The translations under genes were made by a program, and so were the position numbers. A stretch of 51,730 nucleotides of DNA, taken from assembly GCA_016784875.1 (NCBI GenBank), contig JADHTX010000001.1, positions 1-51,730 of the forward strand, given 5' to 3'. This DNA comes from Methylobacter sp. GTDB taxonomy: Bacteria > Pseudomonadota > Gammaproteobacteria > Methylococcales > Methylomonadaceae. The notes beneath the pieces are model-generated. The model saw nothing but the letters and a program-made list of their open reading frames with translations. It had not been told where the DNA came from and searched no databases. Of this stretch, positions 1-11,192 are shown in pieces. Every line of letters begins with the position of its first letter. Position 1 is the first letter of the stretch.

Positions 1-2
1 CT

Positions 3-1655
3 AAGGCTCAGCAAAAACTGGCAAAAACGCTTAAAGAACTGGACATTCAGGTTTTTAAAAATACCACAGCGCTTAAACAGGACGCAGATGGCTTGGTGCT
101 TAAGGACGATAAAGACGGGGTTTATCGTAAAGATTTTTATCGGGTGCTGATGGCTACGCAAGCCGCTGCACCTAAGTGGTTTAAACTTTCAGGGCTGCCG
201 GTGAGTTCTGACGGTTTTTTATCGGTCACCGAAAAGCTGTTGGTTGAAAATGAATGCGACTTGTTTGCCGCCGGAGATTGCATATATTTTTCGCCTTATC
301 CTTTAAAAAAAGCCGGCGTTTATGCCGTGCGCCAAGGAAGGGTGCTTGAGCACAACATTCGCGCTTTTTTCAATGAAAAGTCCGCATTAAAGAGCTTCCA
401 TCCCAAAAAACATGTGCTGTCTTTAATCACCATAGGCGAGCGAAAAGCGCTAGTTCATCAAGATAGCGCATCGTTACTCAGATGGATGCGGCCTTCATTG
501 TTATGGAAAGTTAAAGGTTGGATCGACAGACGCTTTATGAGTCGTTTTCAGGCCAGGACTTTTAGTACGAAATCCGAGTATGTTGATAGGTTTATGCCAG
601 TGCCGAGTAGCACTTTGGTTCCGGAAGATTGGGAAAATAATTCCTGCGGAGGTTGCGGCAGTAAGCTGGCGGCTTCGACATTAACCCTCAGCCTGAATAA
701 GCTGGATATTCCAAAAGATGATGCCGTGTTGTTGGGTGTTAATGATGGCGAAGATTGTGCGTTGACCCGGTTTTCAGAACATGCCCTGTGTTTGCAAAGT
801 ATCGACCAATTTCGCTCGTTTATTTCCGACCCTTATTTATTGGGTCAAATTGCGGTCCAGCATGCCTTAAGCGATGTCTATGCCATGGGCGGCATTGCCA
901 AGACGGCTCAAGTCGGTTTAACACTTGCCGCTGCGAACAAGAAAATTCACCAGGAAGATATTTTTCAGCTGATGTCGGGGGTGTTGGATATTTTAACCAA
1001 AAGCGGAGCCTCTCTGATCGGCGGTCATACCGGAGAAGGTTTCGAGCTTGCCATTTCAGTTGCCGTCCAGGGCGAAGTCGCGCCGGAGCAGATTTCAAGA
1101 AAACGGATTACACAATCGGGGAACCGATTAATACTGACAAAACCTATAGGTACCGGCGTTATTTTTGCCGCCAATATGCTGGCTCAGGCCAATGGCAAAT
1201 TGGTCGATGAGGCGATCTCAAGCATGCTGGAATCCAACAAAACAGCCATGGCGATTATCAAAAGATTCGATGTTTCCGGTTGCACGGATATTACCGGCTT
1301 CGGCTTGTTAGGACACGCGTTTGAAATGCTGGGGAGAAATGGCGCCGGCAGGCTGGGGCTTAAGATCGACTATCAATCGATTACCCTATTCGATGGCGTT
1401 GCCGAGCTATTTGCCAAAGGCTACTACGCCTCCATTGCCGGTGAAAATTATCAGTCTTTAACTGCGGTATTGAGTGCCGATGTCAGCAATCAAAAGTTTC
1501 CTGCGCTGTTTGATCCGCAAACCAGCGGCGGGCTGTTGTTTTCAGTAGCGGCCGAACAAACCGAAGCGTGTCTGCAAGCCTTACATCAAAACGGCGTGAG
1601 CAAGGCCGGTGTTATCGGCGAAGTTGTTGGGCGCCGGGAAATTGTGATTGTTTAA
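3..1655 (+). CDS. selD: FAD/NAD(P)-dependent oxidoreductase-selenophosphate synthetase (SelD) fusion, 5' truncated by window edge
   Basis: Frame is open from position 3. NDH-2-like C-terminal motifs (FAAGDC, KAGVYAVRQG, WIDRRFM) are followed by SelD motifs CGGCGSK, LSDVYAMGG, GGHT, LTKPIGTG, TDITGFGLLGH, DPQTSGGLL. Confidence 0.9.
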   Translation, partial: KAQQKLAKTLKELDIQVFKNTTALKQDADGLVLKDDKDGVYRKDFYRVLMATQAAAPKWFKLSGLPVSSDGFLSVTEKLLVENECDLFAAGDCIYFSPYPLKKAGVYAVRQGRVLEHNIRAFFNEKSALKSFHPKKHVLSLITIGERKALVHQDSASLLRWMRPSLLWKVKGWIDRRFMSRFQARTFSTKSEYVDRFMPVPSSTLVPEDWENNSCGGCGSKLAASTLTLSLNKLDIPKDDAVLLGVNDGEDCALTRFSEHALCLQSIDQFRSFISDPYLLGQIAVQHALSDVYAMGGIAKTAQVGLTLAAANKKIHQEDIFQLMSGVLDILTKSGASLIGGHTGEGFELAISVAVQGEVAPEQISRKRITQSGNRLILTKPIGTGVIFAANMLAQANGKLVDEAISSMLESNKTAMAIIKRFDVSGCTDITGFGLLGHAFEMLGRNGAGRLGLKIDYQSITLFDGVAELFAKGYYASIAGENYQSLTAVLSADVSNQKFPALFDPQTSGGLLFSVAAEQTEACLQALHQNGVSKAGVIGEVVGRREIVIV

Positions 1656-1752
1656 AGGAGTCGATAAGTTTCTGCTTCTGGCCTGTATCAGGCCCGCTTA
1701 TTTTTAATAACCAAAGTCAGCTTTGGATTCTAAAAACGTTTAATGCTGGAGT

Positions 1753-2652
1753 TCAAAGCTGGTTTTGAAGTTTCAAAAATAACTCGGCATGGTCTTCCCG
1801 ACTGGGTAAACCTAAACGAGCGCCCATTTTTGTACAACACAACGATCCTGCCGCACTGGCATATCGAAGCAGCGTTTGCCATTCCATACCGGCTGCCAGC
1901 GCCGCACAAAAAGCGCCATGAAACGCATCGCCAGCCCCCGTGGTATCAATCGCAGTTATCGGGTAAGCAGATAACGAGCCTTGCTCAGTGCCTCTTTGCC
2001 AAATTAGTCCTCGTTCGCCCAAGGTGATAACAACTACGGGAGCCAATTCAGCGAGTCGGCTTAAGGCGCTGTGTTGGTTACCGTCGTACTGGTTGGCAAA
2101 TTTTTCCGAACAAACCAGATAATCGACGCAGTTCATCAGCGCTAAGGTGCCTTCATGTACCGAGCCTGCATCCAATACCGTGGGGATGTTGGCTTGCCTG
2201 GCCTTTTCAGCCAGCGGCAATGAGATTAAGGGTTCATGTCCGTCGAACAATACCACCTTGGCCGAGACAGCGGTGAGATTGAGCGCATCGGCTGATAAGG
2301 CTTGCGTTTCACCTTTGTAATTGATCAAGCAGCGCTTGCCGTCGGGTTTGACTAAAATGGTCGATAGCGGGGTAGGGGAGTCGCCGCGAATAATTAGTTG
2401 CGTGTTGATACCGTAATCATTAAGCTCTTGGGCATGTTTGTCGCCGTAAAGATCGCATCCCAAGTACCCGGCAAAGGCGGAATTTAAACCCAGCTTCGCA
2501 ATGCAAATGGCGGCATTGGCGGCCGGTCCGCCGCCGCAACTGAGCAGGCTGTCGGCCACTATTTTTTCATCGGCGTCAGGATGTCGGCTCACCGAGAAAA
2601 TCAAATCATAAGAGGCGTGGCCTACGCACAGTACATCAACATTGATAGTCAT
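1753..2652 (-). CDS. PfkB family carbohydrate kinase
   Basis: GGGPAANAA and DTTGAGDAFHG PfkB signatures; ATG at 2652 (MTINVDVLCVG) preferred over the upstream alternative start. Confidence 0.9.
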   Translation of the reverse strand: MTINVDVLCVGHASYDLIFSVSRHPDADEKIVADSLLSCGGGPAANAAICIAKLGLNSAFAGYLGCDLYGDKHAQELNDYGINTQLIIRGDSPTPLSTILVKPDGKRCLINYKGETQALSADALNLTAVSAKVVLFDGHEPLISLPLAEKARQANIPTVLDAGSVHEGTLALMNCVDYLVCSEKFANQYDGNQHSALSRLAELAPVVVITLGERGLIWQRGTEQGSLSAYPITAIDTTGAGDAFHGAFCAALAAGMEWQTLLRYASAAGSLCCTKMGARLGLPSREDHAELFLKLQNQL

Positions 2653-2859
2653 GGTTATACAGTTTGAGAAATGGATCAATTCCACTATTTTACAGGTTTT
2701 CCAGGCAGATGAAGCCAAAGGATCCCGCTGTAACGTTTGTACATAGAAATTTTCTGTTAAATCTTCTCGCTAGTGTAAAGTTGATCTGATTTTAAGGCGT
2801 CAAGCATTGGTTATGCCGATGAGTGCCGTATAATGAAAAAAACATAATTGAGTTAACTA

Positions 2860-3225
2860 ATGATTAGACAGCGATTTTTATTACTGTTAATGCTCATGAT
2901 GGTGATTACGCCAGTTTTTTCGGCGCTTGGTTATTATTCGAGTATAGTCAATTCGTTATCTACTGAATCCTCTGTCGAATAAGCTATCGCTGTATCAGAT
3001 TTGGCTGAGGCCGCAGCACAAAATGACGATCATTGTCTGCATCAGGATAGATTTAAAATAGCCTGCCATGCAAGCGGGAGTTGTACCTTTCATGTTTGCG
3101 GTGACGGGGCAGTCGCCACGATTTTTTTATCGACTCAAGTTTATAGCTTGTACCGCTACCGGCTTTGGGAAAAGTCCTCTTCCCGATCTCTCTCATTCGC
3201 CCCCGAAATACGACCTCCCATCTAA
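2860..3225 (+). pseudogene. CopL/DUF2946-like Cys/His-rich leader protein with C-terminal RPPI, interrupted by in-frame TAA (2980-2982)
   Basis: ATG 2860 gives MIRQRFLLLLMLMMVITPVFSALG...SVE*AIAVS...HCLH...CHASGSCTFHVC...APEIRPPI in one frame: hydrophobic N-terminus, Cys/His middle, RPP end, directly upstream of a metal efflux operon. Confidence 0.65.
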
Positions 3226-3332
3226 TAGCCTCTAACAGTCGCAGAGTGGCTAGGATTTTTTATCAACGCCCTGCGCTGAGTTCAACATAACAGATCCGTT
3301 TCACGGACTTTATAACGAATGTAGGAGGACAT

Positions 3333-4628
3333 ATGTCACTACGCATTATGCTCAAGTATTGCAGCTTGATTTTATTGTTGTTTTCTACCGGGGTCTTTGC
3401 CGATGAAGAGCCGGTAGGTAGGGATGTTTTAACATTAAAAACGGCTGCCGAACTGGCTGTGCAAGAAAATCCCGGCTTGGCTCAAATCCGGGCTAGAGCG
3501 GAAGCCTTGGCGGCCATTCCCTCTCAGGTTGGCACTTTGCCGGATCCTGTTATCAGCTTCAGTGCCATGAATTATCTGGTGGATACTTTCGATACCCGGC
3601 AAGAACCCATGACGCAGACTCAATTGGGCGTATCCCTGAACATTCCGTTTCCGGGCAAACTGGCGCTACGCGAAGCTGCCGCGTCATTTGAAGCTGAAGC
3701 GGCTCTGCAAAATGTAACGGAAGCGCAAGGGTGGTTGCAGAAAAATGTCAAACACACCTGGTGGCAGATTTTTTATCTGGATCATGCTTTACAGATTGTT
3801 GACAATAACCTGATCTTATTAAGACAGTTTGTTCAAATTGCCCGAACCAAATATGAGGTTGGCGAAGGCTTGCAACAGGACGTGCTGCTGGCGCAATTGG
3901 AATTGTCTAAAATTCTGGATCAGCAGATCAAATTGGCAGGACTGCGGCGCAACACTGTCGCGCAACTCAATGCTTTGCTGAATAGATCCCCCAATCAGCC
4001 CATCGCTTTATCTGAAAAAGTAGAAGAAAAATTACCTAAGCTGATGGCTGAAACTGAGCTTTACCGGCAGGCTGAAAACTTTAGAGCACTGCTGGCAGCC
4101 AAAAATGAATCCATAAACGCTGCGCAATCCCGTCTCGATCTGGCTGAAAAAGATTACTTTCCCGATTTTAATGTCGGAGCGGCCTACGGTGTTAGAGACA
4201 ATACCTTAGCCGGTGTGCAACGCGCGGATTTACTGACGATGAAACTGAGCATGAATGTGCCGATTTTTGCAGCCGGTAAACAGGCCAAAGCGGTAGATCA
4301 AAGAACTAGCGAGTTGATGCAGCAAAAGTATGCGTTACAGGATGAATGGAATAACGTGCGGATGCAAATCTCGCAAGGTTCCAGCGATTATCAACGGGCT
4401 AAAGACCAAGTTATTTTGTTCAAGTCCGGCATTATTCCTCAGGCACGGCAGACCGTCGCTTCCATGTTGTCCGGCTACCAGGTCAACACCGTCGATTTTT
4501 TAAACCTGGTGCGCAGTCAGATCACTTTATTTAATTATGAAATGCAATACTGGAATGCCTTTGCAGAGGCCAATCAGTCTTTAGCGCAATTGACGGCCGC
4601 AGTAGGCAAGGAAGAAATTTATGAATAA
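3333..4628 (+). CDS. TolC/CusC-like outer membrane efflux protein
   Basis: Signal peptide, LPDP and PFPGKL motifs typical of copper-resistance TolC proteins; AGGAGG RBS; first gene of RND operon. Confidence 0.9.
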   Translation: MSLRIMLKYCSLILLLFSTGVFADEEPVGRDVLTLKTAAELAVQENPGLAQIRARAEALAAIPSQVGTLPDPVISFSAMNYLVDTFDTRQEPMTQTQLGVSLNIPFPGKLALREAAASFEAEAALQNVTEAQGWLQKNVKHTWWQIFYLDHALQIVDNNLILLRQFVQIARTKYEVGEGLQQDVLLAQLELSKILDQQIKLAGLRRNTVAQLNALLNRSPNQPIALSEKVEEKLPKLMAETELYRQAENFRALLAAKNESINAAQSRLDLAEKDYFPDFNVGAAYGVRDNTLAGVQRADLLTMKLSMNVPIFAAGKQAKAVDQRTSELMQQKYALQDEWNNVRMQISQGSSDYQRAKDQVILFKSGIIPQARQTVASMLSGYQVNTVDFLNLVRSQITLFNYEMQYWNAFAEANQSLAQLTAAVGKEEIYE

Positions 4629-5994
4629 AAAATTCTGGATAACGACTCCTCTGATATTGGCTTTAGGCTTATTCGGCGGCTACCGGCTTGCTCATTTGCA
4701 AAACAACGAACCGGCGGTGACTTCAGTAGCCGCCAAGCAACCTTTGTTTTACCGCAGTCCGATGAACCCATCGGTCACTTCGTCCGTACCGGCAAAGGAC
4801 GCAATGGGTATGGATTATGTTCCGGTCTATGCACAAGACAGTAACGGAACGAAAGATGTCATCGGCACGGTCAAAATCGATCCGGTCACTGAGCAGGATA
4901 TCGGCGTACGCACGGCCGTGGCTGCCAGGGAAACGCTCTCGCACATTATCCGGGCGGTTGGCCGGGTGGCGTACGATGAAGAACATTTGGTGCGCCTGCA
5001 TCCGAAAACGGAAGGCTGGATTGAGTTACTGCGGGTAGACAAAACGGGCGAATGGGTCAAAAAGAATGAAGACTTGCTCAGTATTTATTCGCCGCAACTG
5101 GTGACCAGTCAACGGGAATACATTCTGGCCTTAAACAATCTTAAAGTTCTGGAAAAAAGTCCGATCGAGGACATTCGCCGTGGCGCGGAAGAGCTGGTTA
5201 AAAGCTCTCTGGAACGCTTGAAACTGCTGGATGTTCCCGATCACCAGTTACGCGATTTGACCGACAGCCATCAAATTAAAAAAAGCCTGCATATTCATTC
5301 GACGGCGGCGGGGATTATTATGAATATCGGCGTCCGTGAGGGCCAGTATGTGACACCGGCTACCGAACTTTATATGATCGCCGATCTGTCCACTGTCTGG
5401 GTGTATGCCGATATTTACGAATACGAATTGCCCTGGGTTAAGGTCGGCGACTCGGTTGAAATGCGTTTGGCTGCTGTGCCGGGGCGAGTGTTTAAAGGTC
5501 ATCTTGTTTTTATTTATCCTTATGCCGAACCTAAAACGCGGACTATTCAAGTGCGGCTTGTGTTCGATAACGCGGAGCTGTTATTAAAACCTGACCTGTT
5601 CGCCGAAATAACGATTCATGCCGGTAAAAAAGTAGAAGCGGTCACCATTCCCACTGAGGCGGTAATCCGTTCCGGCACCCGCAATCAGGTTTTTGTCGTG
5701 CGCGCTCCCGGTAAATTCGAACCGCGCACGGTCACGCTTGGGCTTTCGTCCAACGGCAAAGTGGCGGTATTGGACGGCGTGAAAGCGGGCGAGCGGGTTG
5801 TCATTTCTGCGCAATTCCTGATTGATTCGGAATCCAAACTGCGCGAGGCTGCGACCAAGATGACCGAACCGGATGAACCTGGCGGTTCGCTGAATATGGA
5901 TACCATGCCAGCTAACCCGCCTCCAGGCAGTAACGCTCAAAGTGTCGATAACGGAACGGATGCCGGTCTGTCGGGAGGTAGTCAAGATGATTAA
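4621..5994 (+). CDS. cusB: CusB-like RND periplasmic adaptor with N-terminal Met-rich metal-binding domain
   Basis: YRSPMNP...[12 protein letters not shown] motif, [24 protein letters not shown]. Confidence 0.88.
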   Translation: MNKKFWITTPLILALGLFGGYRLAHLQNNEPAVTSVAAKQPLFYRSPMNPSVTSSVPAKDAMGMDYVPVYAQDSNGTKDVIGTVKIDPVTEQDIGVRTAVAARETLSHIIRAVGRVAYDEEHLVRLHPKTEGWIELLRVDKTGEWVKKNEDLLSIYSPQLVTSQREYILALNNLKVLEKSPIEDIRRGAEELVKSSLERLKLLDVPDHQLRDLTDSHQIKKSLHIHSTAAGIIMNIGVREGQYVTPATELYMIADLSTVWVYADIYEYELPWVKVGDSVEMRLAAVPGRVFKGHLVFIYPYAEPKTRTIQVRLVFDNAELLLKPDLFAEITIHAGKKVEAVTIPTEAVIRSGTRNQVFVVRAPGKFEPRTVTLGLSSNGKVAVLDGVKAGERVVISAQFLIDSESKLREAATKMTEPDEPGGSLNMDTMPANPPPGSNAQSVDNGTDAGLSGGSQDD

Positions 5995-8900
5995 AGTCTT
6001 GATCAACGGCTCACTGAAAGACCGGTTTATCGTACTTTTGGGTGCTGTTATCCTGGGGGTGGCGGGTTTATGGTCGTTTATAAACATGCCGATGGATGCG
6101 ATTCCGGATTTGTCCGATGTACAAGTCATCGTCTTTACCAAATATCCGGGGCAGGCGCCGCAAGTGGTCGAAGACCAGGTGACTTATCCGTTGACCACGG
6201 CCATGCTGGCCGTCCCGAAGGCCAAGGTTGTCCGGGGCTATTCTTTTTTCGGATTGTCTTTTGTTTACATCATTTTTGAAGACGGCACCGATATTTACTG
6301 GGCCCGTTCGCGGGTGCTGGAATACTTGAATTACGCCGGAAACCGCTTGCCGCAGGGCATTAACCCGGCATTGGGTCCCGATGCCACCGGCGTCGGCTGG
6401 GTTTATGAATACGCGCTGGTCGATAAAACCGGCAAACATGACTTGGCTCAGCTGCGCTCGATTCAGGATTGGTACCTGCGTTATCCGTTGCAGACGGTGC
6501 CCGGTGTTGCCGAAGTCGCATCGGTAGGCGGTTATGTCAAACAATATCAGATCGAAGTTGACCCGAACGCCCTGCTTGCTTACGGCATTCCGCCGGCAAA
6601 GGTCAAGCAAGCCATTCAACGTTCCAATAGCGATGTCGGCGGGCGCCTGATAGAGATGGCCGAAACCGAATATATGGTGCGCGGCTTGGGTTATATCCGC
6701 AGTATCGATGACATCAACAGCATACCCTTGACCGTTGATGCCAAGGGTACGCCGGTTCGGATACAAGATGTCGCCCATGTTCATATCGGTCCCGAATTAC
6801 GTAGGGGGGTGGTAGAACTGGATGGCGAAGGCGAAGTGGCTGGAGGAGTCGTGATCATGCGTTTTGGTGAAAATGCCAAGGCAACCATTGACGGCGTTAG
6901 AGCTAAGCTGGAGGAACTGAAACAAGGACTGCCGGAAGGCGTCGAAATCGTTCCGGTTTATGATCGGGGGGATTTGATTGAACGCGCCGTCGCTACGCTG
7001 AATGAGGCTTTAATCCAGGAACTCATTATTGTTTGTGCCATGGTGGCCTTGTTCTTGCTGCATCTGCGTTCGTCGCTGGTGATCGTGATTACTTTGCCGT
7101 TGGGTATCCTAATGGCTTTCATCGTTATGAAAATACAGGGACTCAACGCTAATATCATGTCGCTGGGGGGGATTGCGATTGCGATAGGCGACATGGTCGA
7201 CGGCGGTATTGTGATGGTCGAGAACGCCCATAAACATTTGGCCGAAGCCTCTGAACGGAAAAAATCGGAACTGACGCAGCAAGAACGCTGGCAAGCCATC
7301 GCCTCCGCATCGAAGGAAGTGGGGCCGACGTTGTTTTTTTCATTACTGATCGTCACCGTTTCGTTTATCCCCATTTTTGCCATGCAGGCGTAGGAAGGAC
7401 GGCTATTCAGTCCGCTCGCTTTTACCAAATCTTACGCGATGGCGGCTGCGGCCTTGTTAACGATTACTGTCGTGCCGGTATTGATGGGCTATTTTATTCG
7501 CGGCAAAATTATTCCCGAGCATAAGAATCCGGCTAACCGTCTTTTGCATTTCATTCATTCGCCGGTGTTAAAAACGGCTATGCGTCGGCGCCCGGTTACC
7601 TTATTAATAGCCGTAATCTTACTGGCATCCACGGCTTATCCATTCGCTAAAATCGGCAGTGAATTTATGCCGCCGCTGGATGAAGGAGACATTCTTTATA
7701 TGCCGAGTACCTTCCCCGGTATCTCCATCACCAAGGCCAAGGAGTTGCTGCAACAAACCGATAAAATCCTGAAAACTTTTCCCGAAGTGCAACATGTCTT
7801 CGGTAAAGTCGGACGAGCCGACACTGCCACTGACCCGGCGCCGCTGTCGATGACCGAAACCACAGTGCGGCTCGCTCCCAAAGAAGATTGGCCCAATCCT
7901 GATAAAACCACCCGGCAATTGATGACCGAAATGGACCGGGCGATTCGTTTTCCGGGGGTCACTAATGCCTGGACCATGCCGATTAAAACCCGTATCGATA
8001 TGCTCTCAACCGGCATTAAAACGCCGGTCGGCATCAAAGTGTCCGGTCCGGACTTGAATGAATTGCAGCGTTTGGCCAAGTCGATAGAACAGGCGATGAA
8101 AACCTTGCCGGAAACGTTATCCGCTTTCGGCGATCGCGCCGTGGGCGGCTATTATCTCGATTTCGACATCGATAGGGACGATGCCGCCCGCTACGGATTA
8201 ACGGTCGGCGACGTACAGGATGTCATTCAAAGCGCTATCGGCGGCATGAACGTGACCGAAACGGTGGAAGGCCTGGAACGCTATCCGGTCAATCTGCGTT
8301 ACCCGCGTGAACTGCGGGACAATCCGGATAGCCTGAAACGGGTGTTGATTCCGACCCCGACCGGTACGCAAGTTCCGCTGGCTTTGGTGGCTGATCTTAA
8401 TTTGAGACGAGGCCCCCCAGTCATCAAAAGCGAAAATTCCCGGCCCAATGCCTGGATTTATGTCGATATTAAAACTTCCGATATCGGCGGCTTTGTCGAA
8501 CAGGCCAAGAAGACACTGGCGCAACAGGTCGAAATACCCAAAGGCTATACAGTCAGCTGGTCCGGCCAGTTCGAATATATGGAACGAGCGGCAGAGCGAC
8601 TGCGTTTGGTGGTGCCCATGACATTGCTGTTGATCTTTTTACTGTTGTATTTTAATTTTCGAAACCTGGTCGAGCCGGTCATTGTGATGTTGACGGTTCC
8701 TTTCGGCCTGATCGGCGGTATCTGGACGGTTTACTGGTACGGCTTTAATCTGTCGGTGGCTGTCTATGTCGGCTTTATCGCCTTGGCCGGTACAGCGGCC
8801 GAGACAGGTGCCATGGTATTGAATTTTATTGATATAGAAATCGCCAGGCTCAGGGAAGAAAAACAGGCACCGCTAACGGGACAGGAAATCAAGGATGCTG

Positions 8901-9133
8901 TTGAAGCGGCCACGGCTCTACGCGTACGTCCTGTCGCGATTACCGCTTTTACGACCATGCTGGGCTTGGTTCCGATCATGTGGGCCACCGGCTCCGGCGC
9001 CGATGTGACTCAGCGCATCGCCGCGCCGGTGTTGGGCGGTATGCTGACCGTATTGATGCTGAGCCTGCTGGTGTTTCCGGTGATTTACAGTTTGGTATTG
9101 CAGTTTCAGGAACGACATAGGCAGGTGCTTTGA
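5987..9133 (+). pseudogene. cusA: CusA/CzcA heavy-metal RND transporter with a single in-frame TAG at 7391-7393
   Basis: [59 protein letters not shown]. Both track ORFs (5942-7393, 7439-9133) are in the same frame and the gap reads FAMQA*EGRLFSPLAFTKSYAM, the conserved QEGRLF.PLAFTK segment. Confidence 0.9.
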
Positions 9134-9195
9134 CTGGTTAATTCCCAAGCTTAAGAGGCTGTGACAGTTCGGAAATGTATTAAAAACTTCGTGAT

Positions 9196-9237
9196 CTCTG
9201 TGTTCTCCGTGTCTCTATGGTGAATTGAGGTTTTTAG
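9196..9237. repeat. 42-bp dispersed repeat (CTCTGTG-rich), copy A
   Basis: 36/42 identical to the reverse complement of 24270-24311. Confidence 0.8.
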
Positions 9238-9549
9238 TTTAATTGCTTTTTCTGACAATGAGCCTCTAAAAATGGCATCTTATCTGCTTTATATTTAAAT
9301 TTTCACTGTAAAAATACTTTGAAGTCACATGGTAACTGGGCTGAAAAATGTATTACATGACCTACTAAGGCATTTCACGCAGAAAAATAGGGCATATGAC
9401 AGAGGCCGATACTGATTATCCCGACCTTTGGGCATCCGGTAATTTATTGAAGCGCTAATGTCGTGCATAAACAGTATCTTCGATCAAGCTCAGCTTCCTG
9501 AATATACAGATGGTGAATTGACCAATTTAACACTAGTGGAGGAGCTAAC

Positions 9550-9861
9550 ATGACTAAATCAGAACTCATTGATGTATTGGCTAAAAAACACCCGCATTTG
9601 GAGAGAAAAGATGTGGGGTTAGCGGTTGCTTGTATGATCGAACAAATGAGTGAAGCGCTGATGGCTAACGATAGAATAGAAATCCGGGGCTTTGGCAGTT
9701 TTTCCCTGCACTACCGTCTGCCTTATACGGGCCGGGATCCCCGGACAGGAAAAAAGTTAAGATTGCCAGCCAAATATTATCCCTATTTCAAACCGGGCAG
9801 AGAGCTGCGTCAGAGAGTTGATTTGTTAAAGGCAACTTGTCAGATTAAGCAAAGAAGCTAG
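9550..9861 (+). CDS. ihfB: Integration host factor beta-like protein (probable paralog)
   Basis: [39 protein letters not shown]; GGAGG RBS. Confidence 0.85.
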   Translation: MTKSELIDVLAKKHPHLERKDVGLAVACMIEQMSEALMANDRIEIRGFGSFSLHYRLPYTGRDPRTGKKLRLPAKYYPYFKPGRELRQRVDLLKATCQIKQRS

Positions 9862-9879
9862 CTTTTTAATAGCACGATG

Positions 9880-11118
9880 TCAGCGAATTTTGAAATTGTT
9901 AAAAATAATTTTACCGCCTGACATTACAAGGTCTGGGTACTCCAATATTTTTAGCGCCTGTGTCGGGTCGCCTTTTACGGCAATCATATCGGCCGGTGCT
10001 CCGGGTTGTAGGGTACCCAATAGCGGACGATTTAAATGCTGGCCTGATTTAGATGTCGCGCTGCGCAAGACTTCGAGCGGTTGCATGTTTGTCGAGTGCA
10101 TCATTGCGAGAAGCTCCTGCGCATCAATGCCCCAGGGAATGTCCGGGTGTGCGATTTCAGCGCCGTATAACAATTCCCCGCCCAATAACGCCCATGTCTT
10201 GGCGTTCTCATTAACACCGTGACATTTCGATAAGGTATCCAGCGTAGTGACTATTTTGACCTTATGCGCCAGCGCTTTTTTTAGCAACGCTTCGGGAATG
10301 ATTTCGCATGGCATATGCGCCCATTCATCAATGCCTGCGTCAATGGCGATTTTTGCACCTTTTGCTTCGCCTAGATGTGCGGTCACCTTTCGCCCCCGGT
10401 TATGGGCTTCATCGACTATCGCCTCGACAATATTTTCCGGTAACAGCGGCCATGATTTTTTTGCATGGGCAGTGTTGTGAAGGAAGTTGTCATGCCCGGA
10501 ACCAGTATGATGACGGTGACTCGAAGCCCAAGGCGCACCGACTTCGCCGCCGGGTTCCAGAGCGACTTTAATTACCACCGCGCCGCCATCAATAAGGTTG
10601 TCAACCGTTTCCCGTGCTTGCCGTTCGGTGTCCACCGCTATGGCGATATTTTCAGTGCCTAAGGCTGGAATCGGATAGCCGCCGGGCGCGGTAATAATCG
10701 GCCCGGATGTCAGCACCCGCAAGCTGCCGTTACCGCCGTACGGCTTATGCAAAGGCCCGCCCACATCACGGATTGTGGTGATACCGTGTTTTAACACAAT
10801 ATCGGCCGGAATGTGCTGAAAGGCGAGGTGGGCGTGTAATTCAATGAAACCGGGTAGCAGGGTTGCATCGCCCAAATCAATGACTTTCGCATCGCTGGAC
10901 TTGAATGCTTCGCGGATGTCGATTTGGGCGATAAGCCCATCGGTTATTAATACCGAAGTGTTTGTCCTGATATTTTTACCGTCGAAAACTCGGGCGGCAT
11001 GGATCAGAAGCGATTTTTGCTCCGGTTCTTGGGGAATGGTTAATGAGGAGGTGCAGGCTGTTAAGGTTACTAACAACACGAAATTGATTAGGCCGATTAA
11101 TCCCGAAGGTATTTTCAT
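9880..11118 (-). CDS. Lipoprotein amidohydrolase family protein
   Basis: Lipobox-like LTAC; DLGDATLLPGFIELHAH (HxH), GITTIRDVGG, VTAH, G.L.PGAPAD motifs. Confidence 0.85.
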   Translation of the reverse strand: MKIPSGLIGLINFVLLVTLTACTSSLTIPQEPEQKSLLIHAARVFDGKNIRTNTSVLITDGLIAQIDIREAFKSSDAKVIDLGDATLLPGFIELHAHLAFQHIPADIVLKHGITTIRDVGGPLHKPYGGNGSLRVLTSGPIITAPGGYPIPALGTENIAIAVDTERQARETVDNLIDGGAVVIKVALEPGGEVGAPWASSHRHHTGSGHDNFLHNTAHAKKSWPLLPENIVEAIVDEAHNRGRKVTAHLGEAKGAKIAIDAGIDEWAHMPCEIIPEALLKKALAHKVKIVTTLDTLSKCHGVNENAKTWALLGGELLYGAEIAHPDIPWGIDAQELLAMMHSTNMQPLEVLRSATSKSGQHLNRPLLGTLQPGAPADMIAVKGDPTQALKILEYPDLVMSGGKIIFNNFKIR

Positions 11119-11192
11119 TATGTTTGTACGCTGAAATTGCCAAAAAAATGCGGTATCAGCGCTATGGCCGATACCGCCGAATAGGCCCGTTT

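Noticed and set aside
7391-7393. Genome-wide TAG recoding or pyrrolysine in cusA
   Set aside because: TAG ends ihfB (9859-9861) and the Rrf2 gene (42657-42659) at plausible C-termini, no pyl genes are seen, and the position is a conserved Gln.
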